A stretch of DNA of 63,063 nucleotides, filler included, from Octopus bimaculoides (lineage: Eukaryota), in assembly GCF_001194135.2 (NCBI RefSeq). It is 5 parts of 5 records of this genome, joined end to end, with 100 filler letters (N's around TTAATTAATTAA, not from the genome) between each part and the next. Parts side by side here need not be neighbours in the genome. Positions count along the whole stretch, not along the records: positions 1 to 26,695 come from NC_068991.1; positions 26,796 to 34,607 come from NC_069007.1; positions 34,708 to 58,175 come from NC_068990.1; 2 more parts are not named here. One strand, written 5' to 3'. The notes beneath the pieces were generated by a model. That model was not told the origin of the DNA. It saw nothing but the letters and a program-made list of their open reading frames with translations, and did not search any database. The position numbers and the translations under genes are program-made. Shown in pieces: positions 26,482 through 37,850 of this stretch (position 1 is the first letter of the stretch; every line of letters begins with the position of its first letter).

Positions 26482-26528
26482 GTCTCTGATGAAGGGATAT
26501 ATAAGATATCTTGGAACAGCTGTAAGAC
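26482..26528 (+). ncRNA. Minimal type I hammerhead motif, degenerate (GAAA mutated to GGAA)
   Basis: GTCT-CTGATGA-A-GGGATAT-ATAAG-ATATCTT-GGAA-C-AGCT-G-TA-AGAC. Confidence 0.55.
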
Positions 26529-26628
26529 CTCTTTATAAATATTCTGAAATCTTTCATAGCCTTAGATATTTATCTCAATCTGTTAACAATTTATATATAT
26601 TTATATATGTACATATACATATATACAT

Positions 26629-26695
<67 letters not shown>

Positions 26696-26739
26696 NNNNN
26701 NNNNNNNNNNNNNNNNNNNNNNNNNNNNNNNNNNNNNNN

Positions 26740-26751
26740 TTAATTAATTAA
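26740..26751. other. Artificial six-frame-stop linker TTAATTAATTAA inside an N gap (also at 34652-34663, 58220-58231, 60911-60922)
   Basis: The identical 12-mer is embedded in N runs four times, which is typical of scaffold or pseudomolecule joining. Confidence 0.92.
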
Positions 26752-28844
26752 NNNNNNNNNNNNNNNNNNNNNNNNNNNNNNNNNNNNNNNNNNNNAGGCT
26801 CCGGCAGGGGATGGTGGTGAACCCTGCTGTACTCTTTCACCACAACTTTCTCTCACTCTTACTTCCTGTTTCTGTTGTACCTGTAATTCAAAGGGTCAGC
26901 CTTGTCACACTGTGTCACGCTGAATATCCCCGAGAACTACGTTAAGGGTACATGTGTCTATGGAGTGCTCAGCCACTTGCATGTTAATTTCACAAGCAGG
27001 CTGTTCCATTGATCAGATCAACTGGAACCCGCAAAGTCATAAGCGACAGAGTGCCAACAACACCATATGTTAATAGTGTTTTTATTTCATATTAAGGTTT
27101 ATCCTTATAAATTTGTGGGAAGAGGTTCTGATGAGAGGACAACAATCTTCAAAATATGCATATACACAGTACCTACATTTTTTTGAATGTTCAATTGCAT
27201 TGTTTATGAAACATAACTGAGTGCTAGCTCTGAATTCTATAGATCAGCAGGAATGCCAGAGGCAGAGTGCCTGACTGGGAGGGATGCTGGTCTGAGACAT
27301 AGTGCCTAATCGGCAGGGACGTGAGGACGGCATAGTATACAATTGGCAGGGATGTGGGAGAGACACATTATCTGACCAACAGAAATGGGGATATGATGCT
27401 GCCCTAAGATAATTGTAGACATGCTATCATTGTCTTTTACTTGTTTCAGTCATTAGATTGTGGTCATGCTGGGGCACTGCCTTGAACTTTTAGTCAAACA
27501 AATTGACCCCAGTACATACTTTTTTATTCTATTGGTCTCTTTTGCCGAACTGCTAAGTTATGGGGATGTAAACACACCAACACCAGTTGTCAAGCAATGG
27601 TAGGACACACACAAATACAAGATTCTTTCAGTTTACACCAAATCCACTTACAAGGATTCGGTTGCCCCAAGGCTATATAGCAGAAGACACGGGCCTAAAG
27701 TTCCACACAGTGGGACTGAACCCAGAATCTTGTCGTTTGGAAGCAAGCTTCTTGCCACACAGCCTGTTACTATAGAAAAAAAAAAAAAAAANNNNNNNNN
27801 NNNNNNNNNNNNNNNNNNNNNNNNNNNNNNNNNNNNNNNNNNNNNNNNNNNNNNNNNNNNNNNNNNNNNNNNNNNNNNNNNNNNNNNNNNNNNNNNNNNN
27901 NNNNNNNNNNNNNNNNNNNNNNNNNNNNNNNNNNNNNNNNNNNNNNNNNNNNNNNNNNNNNNNNNNNNNNNNNNNNNNNNNNNNNNNNNNNNNNNNNNNN
28001 NNNNNNNNNNNNNNNNNNNNNNNNNNNNNNNNNNNNNNNNNNNNNNNNNNNNNNNNNNNNNNNNNNNNNNNNNNNNNNNNNNNNNNNNNNNNNNNNNNNN
28101 NNNNNNNNNGGTGGACCCCCTACAGCCATTTGATGTTTAAAAACTAGTTTTACAGAAACTTCTATCAAAATTCCTGTTTTGTTTTTCACGAGCGAGATCA
28201 TTGCCAGTGTCGCTGGACAGGCTCCTGTGCAGATAGCACGTAAAATACACCATTTTGAGCGTGGCCGTTGCCAGTACAGCCTGACTGGCCCTCGTGCCGG
28301 TGGCACATAAAAGCACCCACTATACCCTCAGAGTGGTTGGCGTTAGGAAGGGCATCCAGCTGTAGAAACTCTGCCAAATCAGATTGGAGCCTTGTGTAAC
28401 CATTTGGTTCGCCAGTCCTCAGTCAAATCGTCCAACCCATGCTAGCATGGAAAGCAGACATTAAATGATGATGATGATTAACTTGTGTAGGTTAAACTAT
28501 GTAAAAGAAACTGAGCTGCCTCTTGCAATATATAGCAATGCCTACATTAACAGCAAAATATTTTCAGGGGGCCCCAGTTTACTGTTTTGCTGTGTGGACC
28601 CCTAAAAATCTCATACGGTGCCTCAAGAGCCATATGGACCTTGGTTAAGAACCATTGATCTAGATGGACAGGCACAAAATACTTACACCCACAGTATATA
28701 AATGGCAATAAAAGTTTTTATTTAGTTACCCTGAAAATGGAAAGCAAAGCCGACCACACCAAATATGAACTTAGAATGTCAGAAACTGACATTAAGAAAT
28801 TTGCCAAATCAACTATTTTCACCAACTCTTATAATAATAATAAT

Positions 28845-29400
28845 AATAATAATAGCCCGGATGCAGTACCAAGCAGTGGCTCTCATGGCTTCTGATCTTA
28901 ATTGATTGGAAGTGTTATGTACATTGTTTTGTCTGGGTATAAAAGATGGGCTACAGCAAATATTCTGCTTGATACCACAGATTTGCTTGTCAGTTATTTG
29001 ACCATGTCCCTTGGTGGCTGACAATATGTGCATCTCTGATCATGAGCAGAAGTAGTGGGGGAGCATCATAGCCATGTGTTGAGAGGAATTCTTTGGGGTT
29101 TGAATAATTCACCTTTGGAAACACGGGTGTTTTGCTCAACATCCTTAAACAAACCTTATTCAGGGACCTTTTGAGCAGAATGGGCTACTCGACCTGAAGA
29201 AAATTCTAACTGGGCCCCACCTGCGAGGTCATGTTCTGTTTATCTTGATATGAGATCACCATGTCGCGCACATATGGTTGTGATGCATGTGCCTGGTGTA
29301 CCCTTATCAGACGGGTAGTCATGATGGATATCCTGGGCTTCGTATATTTTACACCCGTATCACTTTGATGGCATGTACTGCTCTCTCACTCAATAATAAT
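28845..29400. mobile_element. Interspersed repeat flanked by (AAT)n; an inverted related copy at ~21760-22010
   Basis: 29020-29110 matches the reverse complement of 21850-21990 (GCACATATTGTCAGCCAC..., CTCAGCACATGGCTATGATG). Confidence 0.65.
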
Positions 29401-29529
29401 AATAATAATAATAATAAAGAACAAAAAGCAGTTTATTCCTCAAATCACAGCCACATTATGTAACAGTCCCTGATGTACACAGCACATACAAAGTAACAAC
29501 AATACCGTAATGATGCAAAAGCTTCTTAC

Positions 29530-29708
29530 CTTAAAGCGTACAGCAAACTGTTCCACTGTACCCTCTTTGTCATCTGTGTAGTCACGGGCCACCCAACACC
29601 AAGACGTCTCTGAGGTGGACATTCTCTTCAGGACTAAGTTGGTTGTCAACAGATGGTTACATGCCACCTTTAATACTTGTTCTCTTCGGAAAAGCAGCCG
29701 GAATCGAA
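29530..29708 (-). CDS. RANBP2: RanBP2/Nup358-like gene, exon D (RanBD C-half): VRFRLLFRREQVLKVACNHLLTTNLVLKRMSTSETSWCWVARDYTDDKEGTVEQFAVRFK
   Basis: Acceptor TTCTAG; donor AAG|GTAAGA. 179 nt, phase 1 to phase 0. RanBD motifs RREQVLK, CNH, W.W...DY, EQFAVRFK. The final RanBD helix exon was not found. Confidence 0.92.
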
Positions 29709-30214
29709 CTAGAAGTAAATGTTGATTACAAATATAGACACAAAGAATTAAGGATTCTATCTAGAACACCATGAAGTATTTTGCTTACCATTTTCCCACT
29801 GCAGAATAATAATAATGGTGTCAAATTTTTGCCACAAGGGCAGCAATTCTTTACATCTACTGGTACTTTAACCCCGAAAGGATGAAAGGCAAAGTCAACT
29901 TCGGCTTTGCCTTTCATCATTTCAGGGGTTGATAAATTAAGTACCAGTCAAGCATAATAATAATAATAATAATCCTTTCGACTACAAGCAAAAGGTGTCT
30001 GAAATTTTGGTAGTGGGGGTAGTCAATCACATTAACTCCAGTACTCCTAATGACAAACAAGTAAAAGAAAGGACCCGACACATTGTACCATGTAATTACT
30101 ACTGATATATATATATATATATATATATATAATGGCGACCAGTAGTAACACTGCCATGTGGCAGGCTTGAACAATTGTGAAGGTCTCTTCACATAAAACC
30201 ATTGGCTGCTTTGT

Positions 30215-30605
30215 TAACCCACAAATTACACACGCACACACACACATATAGATACACGTACACACACACAGACACACATATAGATACACACACACACACA
30301 CATATAGATACACGTACACACACACACAGACACATATAGATACACGTACACACACACAGACACATATAGATACACGTACACACACACACAGACACACATA
30401 TAGATACACGTACACACACAGACACACATAGATACACGTACACACACACACACACGTACACACACACAGAGACACGTACACACACACAGACACACATATA
30501 GATACACGTACACACAGACACACATAAATACACGTACACACACACACACACATAGATACACGCACACACACACAGACACACATATGGATACACGTACACA
30601 GACAC
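30215..30605. repeat. Compound minisatellite (~28-32 bp unit GATACACGTACACACACACAGACACACATATA) in the RanBD C-D intron
   Basis: About a dozen recognisable units built on a (CA)n backbone. Confidence 0.85.
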
Positions 30606-30703
30606 AAACAGATTTCAAATAACCCAGCATGGTGGTCATGGTTGGAACCTTTTTGATCACTAAGGAACATCCACCAAAAGTCAAACAACAAAATACTACT
30701 CAC

Positions 30704-30826
30704 CGGATCCGTTGTGGCTGAGTATTTTCATATTTCCGATTCCTTTTTCCTTCCAACAATTAAGTGACTTGTCAAACCGATATAGTTTCGATCGCTGTAC
30801 AAATAACGGCGTTTCATCCTCCTCAC
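30704..30826 (-). CDS. RANBP2: RanBP2/Nup358-like gene, exon C (RanBD N-half): GEEDETPLFVQRSKLYRFDKSLNCWKEKGIGNMKILSHNGS
   Basis: Acceptor TTCGTCAG; donor G|GTGAGT (30698-30703). 123 nt, phase 1/1. Clear RanBD motifs GEEDE, KLYRF, WKEKGIG. Confidence 0.92.
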
Positions 30827-32205
30827 CTGACGAACAAATTGAAATTAAAATATAATTAATTATAATTCAAGGTACATGCAGGAATGACTGTGTGGTTAAA
30901 CAGCTTGCTTCCAAACTGGTTTTGAGTTCGGTCCCATTGTGCAGCACCTCGGGCAAGTGTTTTCTACTTATAGGGTAAGGACCCCCTTCGGTCATGAACG
31001 ACCATGAGACTGCATCTAGAAAGTTCCCCTCCAAGGCAAAAGTCTAGGCAAAGTTACTTATGGATGACCAGCAGTTGCCCATGTCTCTTCCTCTTCCTCA
31101 TCCCCTTTCTTTTCCTCATCCCACAGAGCCAGGGTTGGCTTCAAAAGGGGTTAATCATCATCTGTTTTCCATGTTGGCATGGGTGGATGGTTTGACAGGA
31201 GCTGGCCAAGCTGGATTCTGACCAGATTTCAGCTGTCCATTGCGGCATGGTTTCTATGGTTGGATGCCCTTCCTAATGCCAACCACTTTACAGAGTGTGC
31301 TGGGTGCTTTTTACGTGCCATCAGTATGGGTGCACATATGCAACACCGGCACAAGTGCACCTTACATGGAACCGACACAAGTGCATTTTATGTGACACTG
31401 ACCAGATTGCATCTCACATGGCACGGGCACAATTATATCCCATGTGGCACCAACATGAGTGTTTCTCTTATGTGGAACTGGCACCTGTAAAGGACAAGCC
31501 TGTAAGTACACAAAAACTGAAATAAGCCTGTTGTGCATGTGTGTGCCCTTGCCTTGATGCCATAGGATGGTAGTAAATGAGCATCACTGTCATAAGTGAG
31601 GTTGTCTCCAGTCTTCAATGGAAAACAGGTCTGGCTATGGATTACCATGAGAGTTAGTGTTAGTGACAGGAAGAGCACCTGGCAGCAGAAAATTTGCCTC
31701 AACAAATTACCAAATGAAATGTTTATGGTTTTGACTGGTTCTGCATATCAAGGAGCAGGACATCTAAAAATATACAATTATATAGCACCATTTGAGTGTG
31801 ATCGTTACCAGCGTCGCCTTCCCGGTACATGTGCTGGTGGCACATGAAGACATTCGAGCGAGGTCATTGCCAGTGCCGCTGCACTGGCTCCTGTGCAGGT
31901 GGCACGTAAAATACACCATTTTGAGCATGGCCGTTGCCAGTACCGCCTGACTGGTCTTCCAAAGATGGTAGTTGTCATTTGGCTCAATGCACAACTATAA
32001 AGAATATGCACAAACACATACACACACAATGCACAGCTTAGATGTACATCGTGTGTGTGTGTGTGCGTGCGCACGCGCACAAAAATTAATGATCAATGGA
32101 GAAAGAATGGGAGGAGTGAGGGATGGGGAAAGAGGGGGATGGGGAAGAGAAAGGGGATGGGGGAAGGGGAAGAGAAAAAGAGATGAACAAACAAAAGTTA
32201 CTTAC

Positions 32206-32373
32206 CACTCTTTCTATCAATGAGAGCTGGGAGTTCAATAACAGGATCAAAGTGAATATCAACATTAGCTACAACATCGTCATCATCCTCATCGTTGTTG
32301 GCGGCACCAGGGCTGGACTTCACATCAAACAGCTTCTGACCGGCACCTTGCCAGGAAAATGGTTTGCTTTTGT
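32206..32373 (-). CDS. RANBP2: RanBP2/Nup358-like gene, exon B: (N)KSKPFSWQGAGQKLFDVKSSPGAANNDEDDDDVVANVDIHFDPVIELPALIDRKS(G)
   Basis: Acceptor TTTTCAG; donor G|GTAAGT (32200-32205). 168 nt, phase 1/1. The F-x-W...G..LF, acidic run and DIHF(E/D)P pattern resembles the segment preceding RanBP2 Ran-binding domains. Confidence 0.85.
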
Positions 32374-33067
32374 CTGAAAATTAAAGTCGTGTCACACGTT
32401 AAGAAGAAGGCCACCATCATCACCACCACCACAAATTGGTCAACAGTTAGAATTTAACTTGGGACTGGAATAATAGAATGATTGCATTACAGAATTAATT
32501 CTTATCCATTCTTAACCTCTGATTGAACAACGCCAGGGAATATAGTCATTATAGACATATTACGTTCATGCTATTTAGCTCTGTTTAGTTTTGGGCCGCA
32601 GGAGCTAGCTTAAAAGTTCACACAGAGTGCAGCTTTTAAGCTAATTAGATATAAACATACAAATGATGTGCTAACGAGTAGTATCTTTCTTACCTTTCTG
32701 AAAGGCAGTTGTTTCTTGTGTGTTTGCCTGGGCAGCCAGTGTACTGAATAACATTCCGGAATATTCTGTGTCTGAAATTATAAAAGGAAGGATTTTATTC
32801 ATGACAAGGAATACCTGCCGACTTCATAGACTGAATGTTGGTAGAGGACTGAAACAGGATATCTGGAACAATATCCCTTGGGGTTAGGGAAAAACATGTG
32901 GCCAGGGTATTTGACTCACAATCTGGCAAGCCAAGAGTGTACAGGGTGCATTTTATGTAGCAGCAGCACCAGTGGGGTCACCAAGTAACTTGCAAGACAA
33001 AGTAACATATACACATGCATATTTATGTGGAGACACACAGAGAAGAAAGCCTTTTTGCTCCACTTAC

Positions 33068-33268
33068 TGTTCATTAACCGAGAAAACGGCATATTGGAAG
33101 TCGATGAATCTGCAGGAAAAGTAGTGGTGGTCGTCGTGGTAGTAATAGCAGTCGTGTTGGTAATCGTGGTAGTCCCTGATGTGATAGTGATGTCGGCAAC
33201 AGTGGAACTGGTTGGAGATTGCGGAGACGGGGACTTGTGTCGGTCTGGTACAGACAAAGCTGCTTTTG
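33068..33268 (-). CDS. RANBP2: RanBP2/Nup358-like gene, exon A (Ser/Thr-rich low-complexity linker ...KAALSVPDRHKSPSPQSPTSS...TTTTFPADSSTSNMPFSRLMN)
   Basis: Long poly-T tract ending TTCCTCAG; donor A|GTAAGT (33062-33067). 201 nt, phase 1 to phase 1, open frame, splices in frame to exon B. The gene assignment rests on the downstream exons. Confidence 0.7.
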
Positions 33269-33675
33269 CTGAGGAAAGAACAAAAAAAAAAAAAAAGAAA
33301 TGAATAACAGTGAAAACAACCAATGAGTTCAAAGGACCAGCAAATGGCACATCCTGATGAAGTCCACCTTCTGCTGCAGTCATCCTCATCATCGTTTAAC
33401 GTCCGCTTTCCATGCTGGCATGGGTTGGACGATTTGACTGAGGACTGGTGAAACTGGATGGCAACACCAGGCTCCAATTTGATTTGGCAGAGTTTCTACA
33501 GCTGGATGCCCTTCCTAATGCCAACCACTCCGAGAGTGTAGTAGGTGCTTTTACGTGTCACCCGCACGAAGGCCAGTCAGGCGGTACTGGCAACGGCCAC
33601 GCTCAAAATGGTGTATTTTATGTGCCACCCGCACAAGAGCCAGTCCAGGGGCACTGGCAACTTTCAAAATTTTAT

Positions 33676-33767
33676 CGCCCGCAGAGGGACTTAAACCCAC
33701 GACCCTCAGATTTCATCACTCGACAGTTCTTAAAAGTCTGATGCTCTACCGGCTGAGCTATGCGGGC
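33676..33767 (-). tRNA. tRNA-Lys(UUU) with a 19-nt intron (33712-33730); possibly a variant or young pseudogene
   Basis: Reads GCCCGCA-TA-GCTC-AGCCGGTA-GAGC-A-TCAGA-CTTTTA-[AGAACTGTCGAGTGATGAA]-A-TCTGA-GGGTC-GTGGG-TTTAAGT-CCCTC-TGCGGGC-G. Acceptor, D and anticodon stems pair fully. Length 73+19 nt, with TTTT 6 nt downstream. Defects: C56>T in the T-loop and a T50-T64 mismatch. Confidence 0.85.
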
Positions 33768-34153
33768 TGCACCGCCAGATTCTACAGACACACAGGGGAG
33801 CCACTGATGGAGTCTACATGCCAAATAATGGCCAACGCATAGCACATGTGCTAACCGTGACAGAGCGGAGAATTTAGGTGACATAAATAACAAAAAACAA
33901 ATTTCTCTGCAGTAGTCTTTTGCTTTACATCTGTTTTCCCAAGTTAGCCAAAGGATTATGCCAAGCACCAATGTCTGCTTTGGTATGGTTTCTATGGCCA
34001 GATGCCTTTCCTAATGCCCACCACTTCAGGGAGTGTAATGGGTGCTTTTTAAATGAGACTGGCATCAGTGAGGTCACCAAGTAACTTGCAAGACAAAGCC
34101 CCCATCTCCCAACTAGGATGGGTGTAGAATTGTAGATAGCTTTATGCCAAGAG

Positions 34154-34555
34154 ATGAGAGGAAAGGAGGGAGAAAGAGGGTGGAGGAAGGAAGGAGGGAG
34201 AGAGAGGAGAGAGAGAGAGAGAGGAAAGGAGGCTGAGAGAGAGAAGAGGAAGCAGGGAGAGAGAGAGAGGAGGCAGGGAGAAAGAGAGAGAGGAAAGGAA
34301 GCAGTAAAAGAGAAAGAGATACGAAAGGAGGCTGAGAGAGAGAGGAAAGGGGGCAAGGAAAGAGAGAGAGAAGAAAGGAGACAGGGAAAGAGAAAGAGGA
34401 AAAGAGGCAGGGAGAGAGAGAGAGAGAGAGGAAAGGAGGCAGAGAAAGAGAGGAAAGGAGGCAGAGAGAGAGAGAGGAAAGGAGGCAGGGAAAGGGAGAA
34501 AGAGAGGGAGACAGAGTGACAGAGAGAGCGGGAGAGAGACAAAGAGAAAGAAGCC
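34154..34555. repeat. Polypurine (GA-rich) low-complexity tract
   Basis: Degenerate (GA)n/GGAAAGGAGGCAG repeats. Confidence 0.9.
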
Positions 34556-34707
34556 ATCCAGTCAGTCAGTCAGTCAGTCAACCAATTTGACCAATCAAAC
34601 CAACCATNNNNNNNNNNNNNNNNNNNNNNNNNNNNNNNNNNNNNNNNNNNNTTAATTAATTAANNNNNNNNNNNNNNNNNNNNNNNNNNNNNNNNNNNNN
34701 NNNNNNN

Positions 34708-34756
<49 letters not shown>

Positions 34757-35795
34757 CATATGCACACACAAAACACATATATATACACACACACATATAT
34801 ACACACACACATATATACACACACAAATATATATATACACACATATATATATATACACATACATACATGTACATATACATATATATACTTATATACATAT
34901 ATATATGCGTTATAGATATGTAAATTGGAGGTATTACATGAAGAATTAAGGAGGGGTAATAAGTAGTATAAGAACCAGTATGAAGAAGTGGAGTTGTGGA
35001 GAAAAAAAACCTATTTAAAGTTAATAAAAAGAAATTTAGACATATGTTTACAAGAAAAAACTCATCTCTCGAATTTAAGAGAGAATTATTCATTTTCATA
35101 ATTTTATAAGATTCTTCTAAGCATAAAAGGCATGTCCTATTGTAAATCTTATTTCAAGAAGCAGAAGAAATAATCTTCCAAGAAATTGTGTAATCTGAAC
35201 CTTTTTTGATAGATCGGTACTATTTTCTTTCCTAGGGTCATTAAAAGATGATTTATGGTTACATAATCGCAATTTTTAAATATAGCTATCTAATCCCGCT
35301 AGACGCTTACTGTTATTATATTATTTTTTTTTGTATTCAAATATATATGCGTGTAGGTGTATGTAGTTTTTATGTAAGAGAGCATGCATTTGTGCATGTT
35401 AGATACGTGTGTTGATTTTTTTGTTTGTCTCATCCTTTTTCCCCTTTTACAATTTATTTGCAAATATCTGGTCAGCCTCTCCGACATGGCCTCTTTGTTT
35501 TTCCTTTTAAATTTGTTTTGGTAATACCTTTCTTTGATGTTATCCTTTAATTTTTTACACTGACGAGAATGGTAATACATAACTATTTTGATTATTATTA
35601 TTATAATTAATGTTTTTTCTTACATGTTTGTATTACCATTTGAAACGGTCGTATGTGGAAATTAAATTCTATGTTTAACTTTTAACATCTCTTCTCCAGT
35701 TTTATAATTGTAAGTAGTGTTTTATATGAGATTTTATCTTATATATGCCTATAAGGAACATTTTACTTGTTTTTCATACTTTAATTCACACATAC

Positions 35796-35835
<40 letters not shown>

Positions 35836-35990
35836 TTACACTCACACACACACTCACACACACACACACACTCACATATCCTTTTGTTGTTTACACCACC
35901 TGTCCTCGTCTGTTGTTTTTTTCGTAAATTCTCCCATATATNNNNNNNNNNNNNNNNNNNNNNATGTATGTATGTATGTATGTATGTGTG

Positions 35991-37407
35991 TCATTATTCA
36001 GTTTATTTCAATATTTCTTGCCAATAGAGAAAGAACCGGTTTCTAACCTAGATCCAAGGCTCCTTCATTGGAATTTCAATTTCAACAATAGGGTATTTTT
36101 GTATGTATGTATGTATGTATGTATGTATGTATGTATGTATGTGTGTGTGTAGGTATGTATGCATGTATGTGCAGATTTGTATGTTTTATGTGTGCAGGTA
36201 TGTATGTATGTATGTATGTGCAGATTTGTATGTTTTATGTATGTTTTCTCATGTATATAGTTGCATATATAGACATACTCATATATGTTTAAATGATAAA
36301 CTTCTGCAAAGTTTACAGATTTTTACAGTTCCAGTAATGGATTGGATCTGTAGTCTTCGAATTAGCTTTCTTCGTTCTGGTTTTGAGAAGCCTTGACTCT
36401 CTCAGATTGATATTTAGGCAGTGTATTACATATCCCAGGGCCCCCGTAATTACAGATATAAACTTGAACTTGTAATATGGATAGAGTAACTGCAAACTTC
36501 TCAATAGTTCAGCATAGGTGTTCTCTTTTTCACTGATCTTCCGCTTTATGTTAACATCCGCTGGGCAGCTGATTTCCACAACTGTGCACATTTTCTCTTC
36601 TCTATCCCAAATCATTATATCAGGTCTGTCGTGATTACATTTTATTGAGATCTTCACTGATACATTCCACCAGTATTCCTTTTTATTATAAGTGGCTATG
36701 GCTTCTACCATATTGTGGGTTCTTATTTCTTTGTTGTCCTCGTGATTATCCTTCCGACGGATTTCATTATAGAGTGACCAAGCTATAATATCGTGTCTCA
36801 TCGGTAGATAATACCGTAATGATATTTTCTAATGATGTGGGTGATATCTTCAGTGTGAATTCCACAGATTTTCTCATATTTTACGGATTTTCCTGCATCT
36901 CTATTCCTTTTGTGCATCAGGTACTTGGTTGATATTTCCGTTCCTGGATTGCAAACGCATACACATCAAAGTGATAAACTGCTTTGATAATCACCACGGA
37001 GCTTTCTACTAACATATCCATGCATAATCGTCTGCTCATATAAGCTCATCCTTTCATCTGATACGTTGCGGTAGAATCGTGTGACTTCTTTAGGCATGTA
37101 TTCTAGGTTATCAGACAAAGAGTATTGCTCCAGATGCTGCCTTCCAAGTCTTATGATGTTATCACCCTCATGTATACAAGTTTGGTCAAGGGATACACTT
37201 CGACACTTGGTGGCTAAAAGATGTTGCCGAAAAGATATGACATTCAAAGGCATTTTGAATCGATATTAAGAATCTGCTGCCTTGTTTTCGTTTTAGGTAG
37301 AGACGGTCTACGTCACTGATTATGTGTAAATTATGTGTGCTTATTAGTATTTTTCGGATTTTCACATCAATGGCTCGGATCTCATCAAGTGTCCAATCAA
37401 GCAGCCC
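35991..37407 (-). mobile_element. R4/Dong-like RLE LINE, 3' half, decayed
   Basis: RHDIIAWSLYNEI...WWN...RPDIMIWDREEK.CTVVEISCPAD.N...KE..Y..L...GALG is the RLE endonuclease pattern. Embedded in (TATG)n. Confidence 0.88.
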
Positions 37408-37621
37408 ATGTATGTATGTATGTATGTATGTATGTATGTATGTATGTATGCATGCATGCATGTATGTATGTATGCATGTATGTATGTATGTATGTATGTA
37501 TGTATGCATGTATGCATGTATGTATGGATGTATGTATGTATGTATGCCTGCATGTATGCATGTATGTATGTATTATATACACACATATATATACATACAT
37601 ACACATTCGTATACATGTATG

Positions 37622-37674
<53 letters not shown>

Positions 37675-37850
37675 CGGATTTATTACCAAATATATTTTGC
37701 ATATCATTGGAAATACCATAAAACATTGGAACCAGAAACAGCTGTTAGATGAGATGCAGTCTATTGGCATTGAATTAATAAATACTAATTGATGTAATTC
37801 AATTGTTGTTCAGCAATACTTCTCCAATTTCCGTTTGCTTTATATATATA

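Larger units (their letters stand above)
26008..26586. mobile_element. Foldback made of two inverted Penelope-type terminal repeats (arms ~26008-26293 and 26306-26586, 12-nt loop)
   Basis: The arms are reverse complements (estimated 85-90% by eye), and each carries a hammerhead motif. Same family as 42113-43580. Confidence 0.88.

Noticed and set aside
28687-28730. Apparent 44-nt poison or terminal exon after RanBD exon D (TTTTCAG|GGT AAC TAA, AATAAA, GTAAGT donor)
   Set aside because: The acceptor and upstream tract are a decayed copy of the common SINE segment (GGTCGACTTTGCCTTTCATC...GGGG), and the splice would truncate the RanBD before its last helix. There is no support without RNA data.
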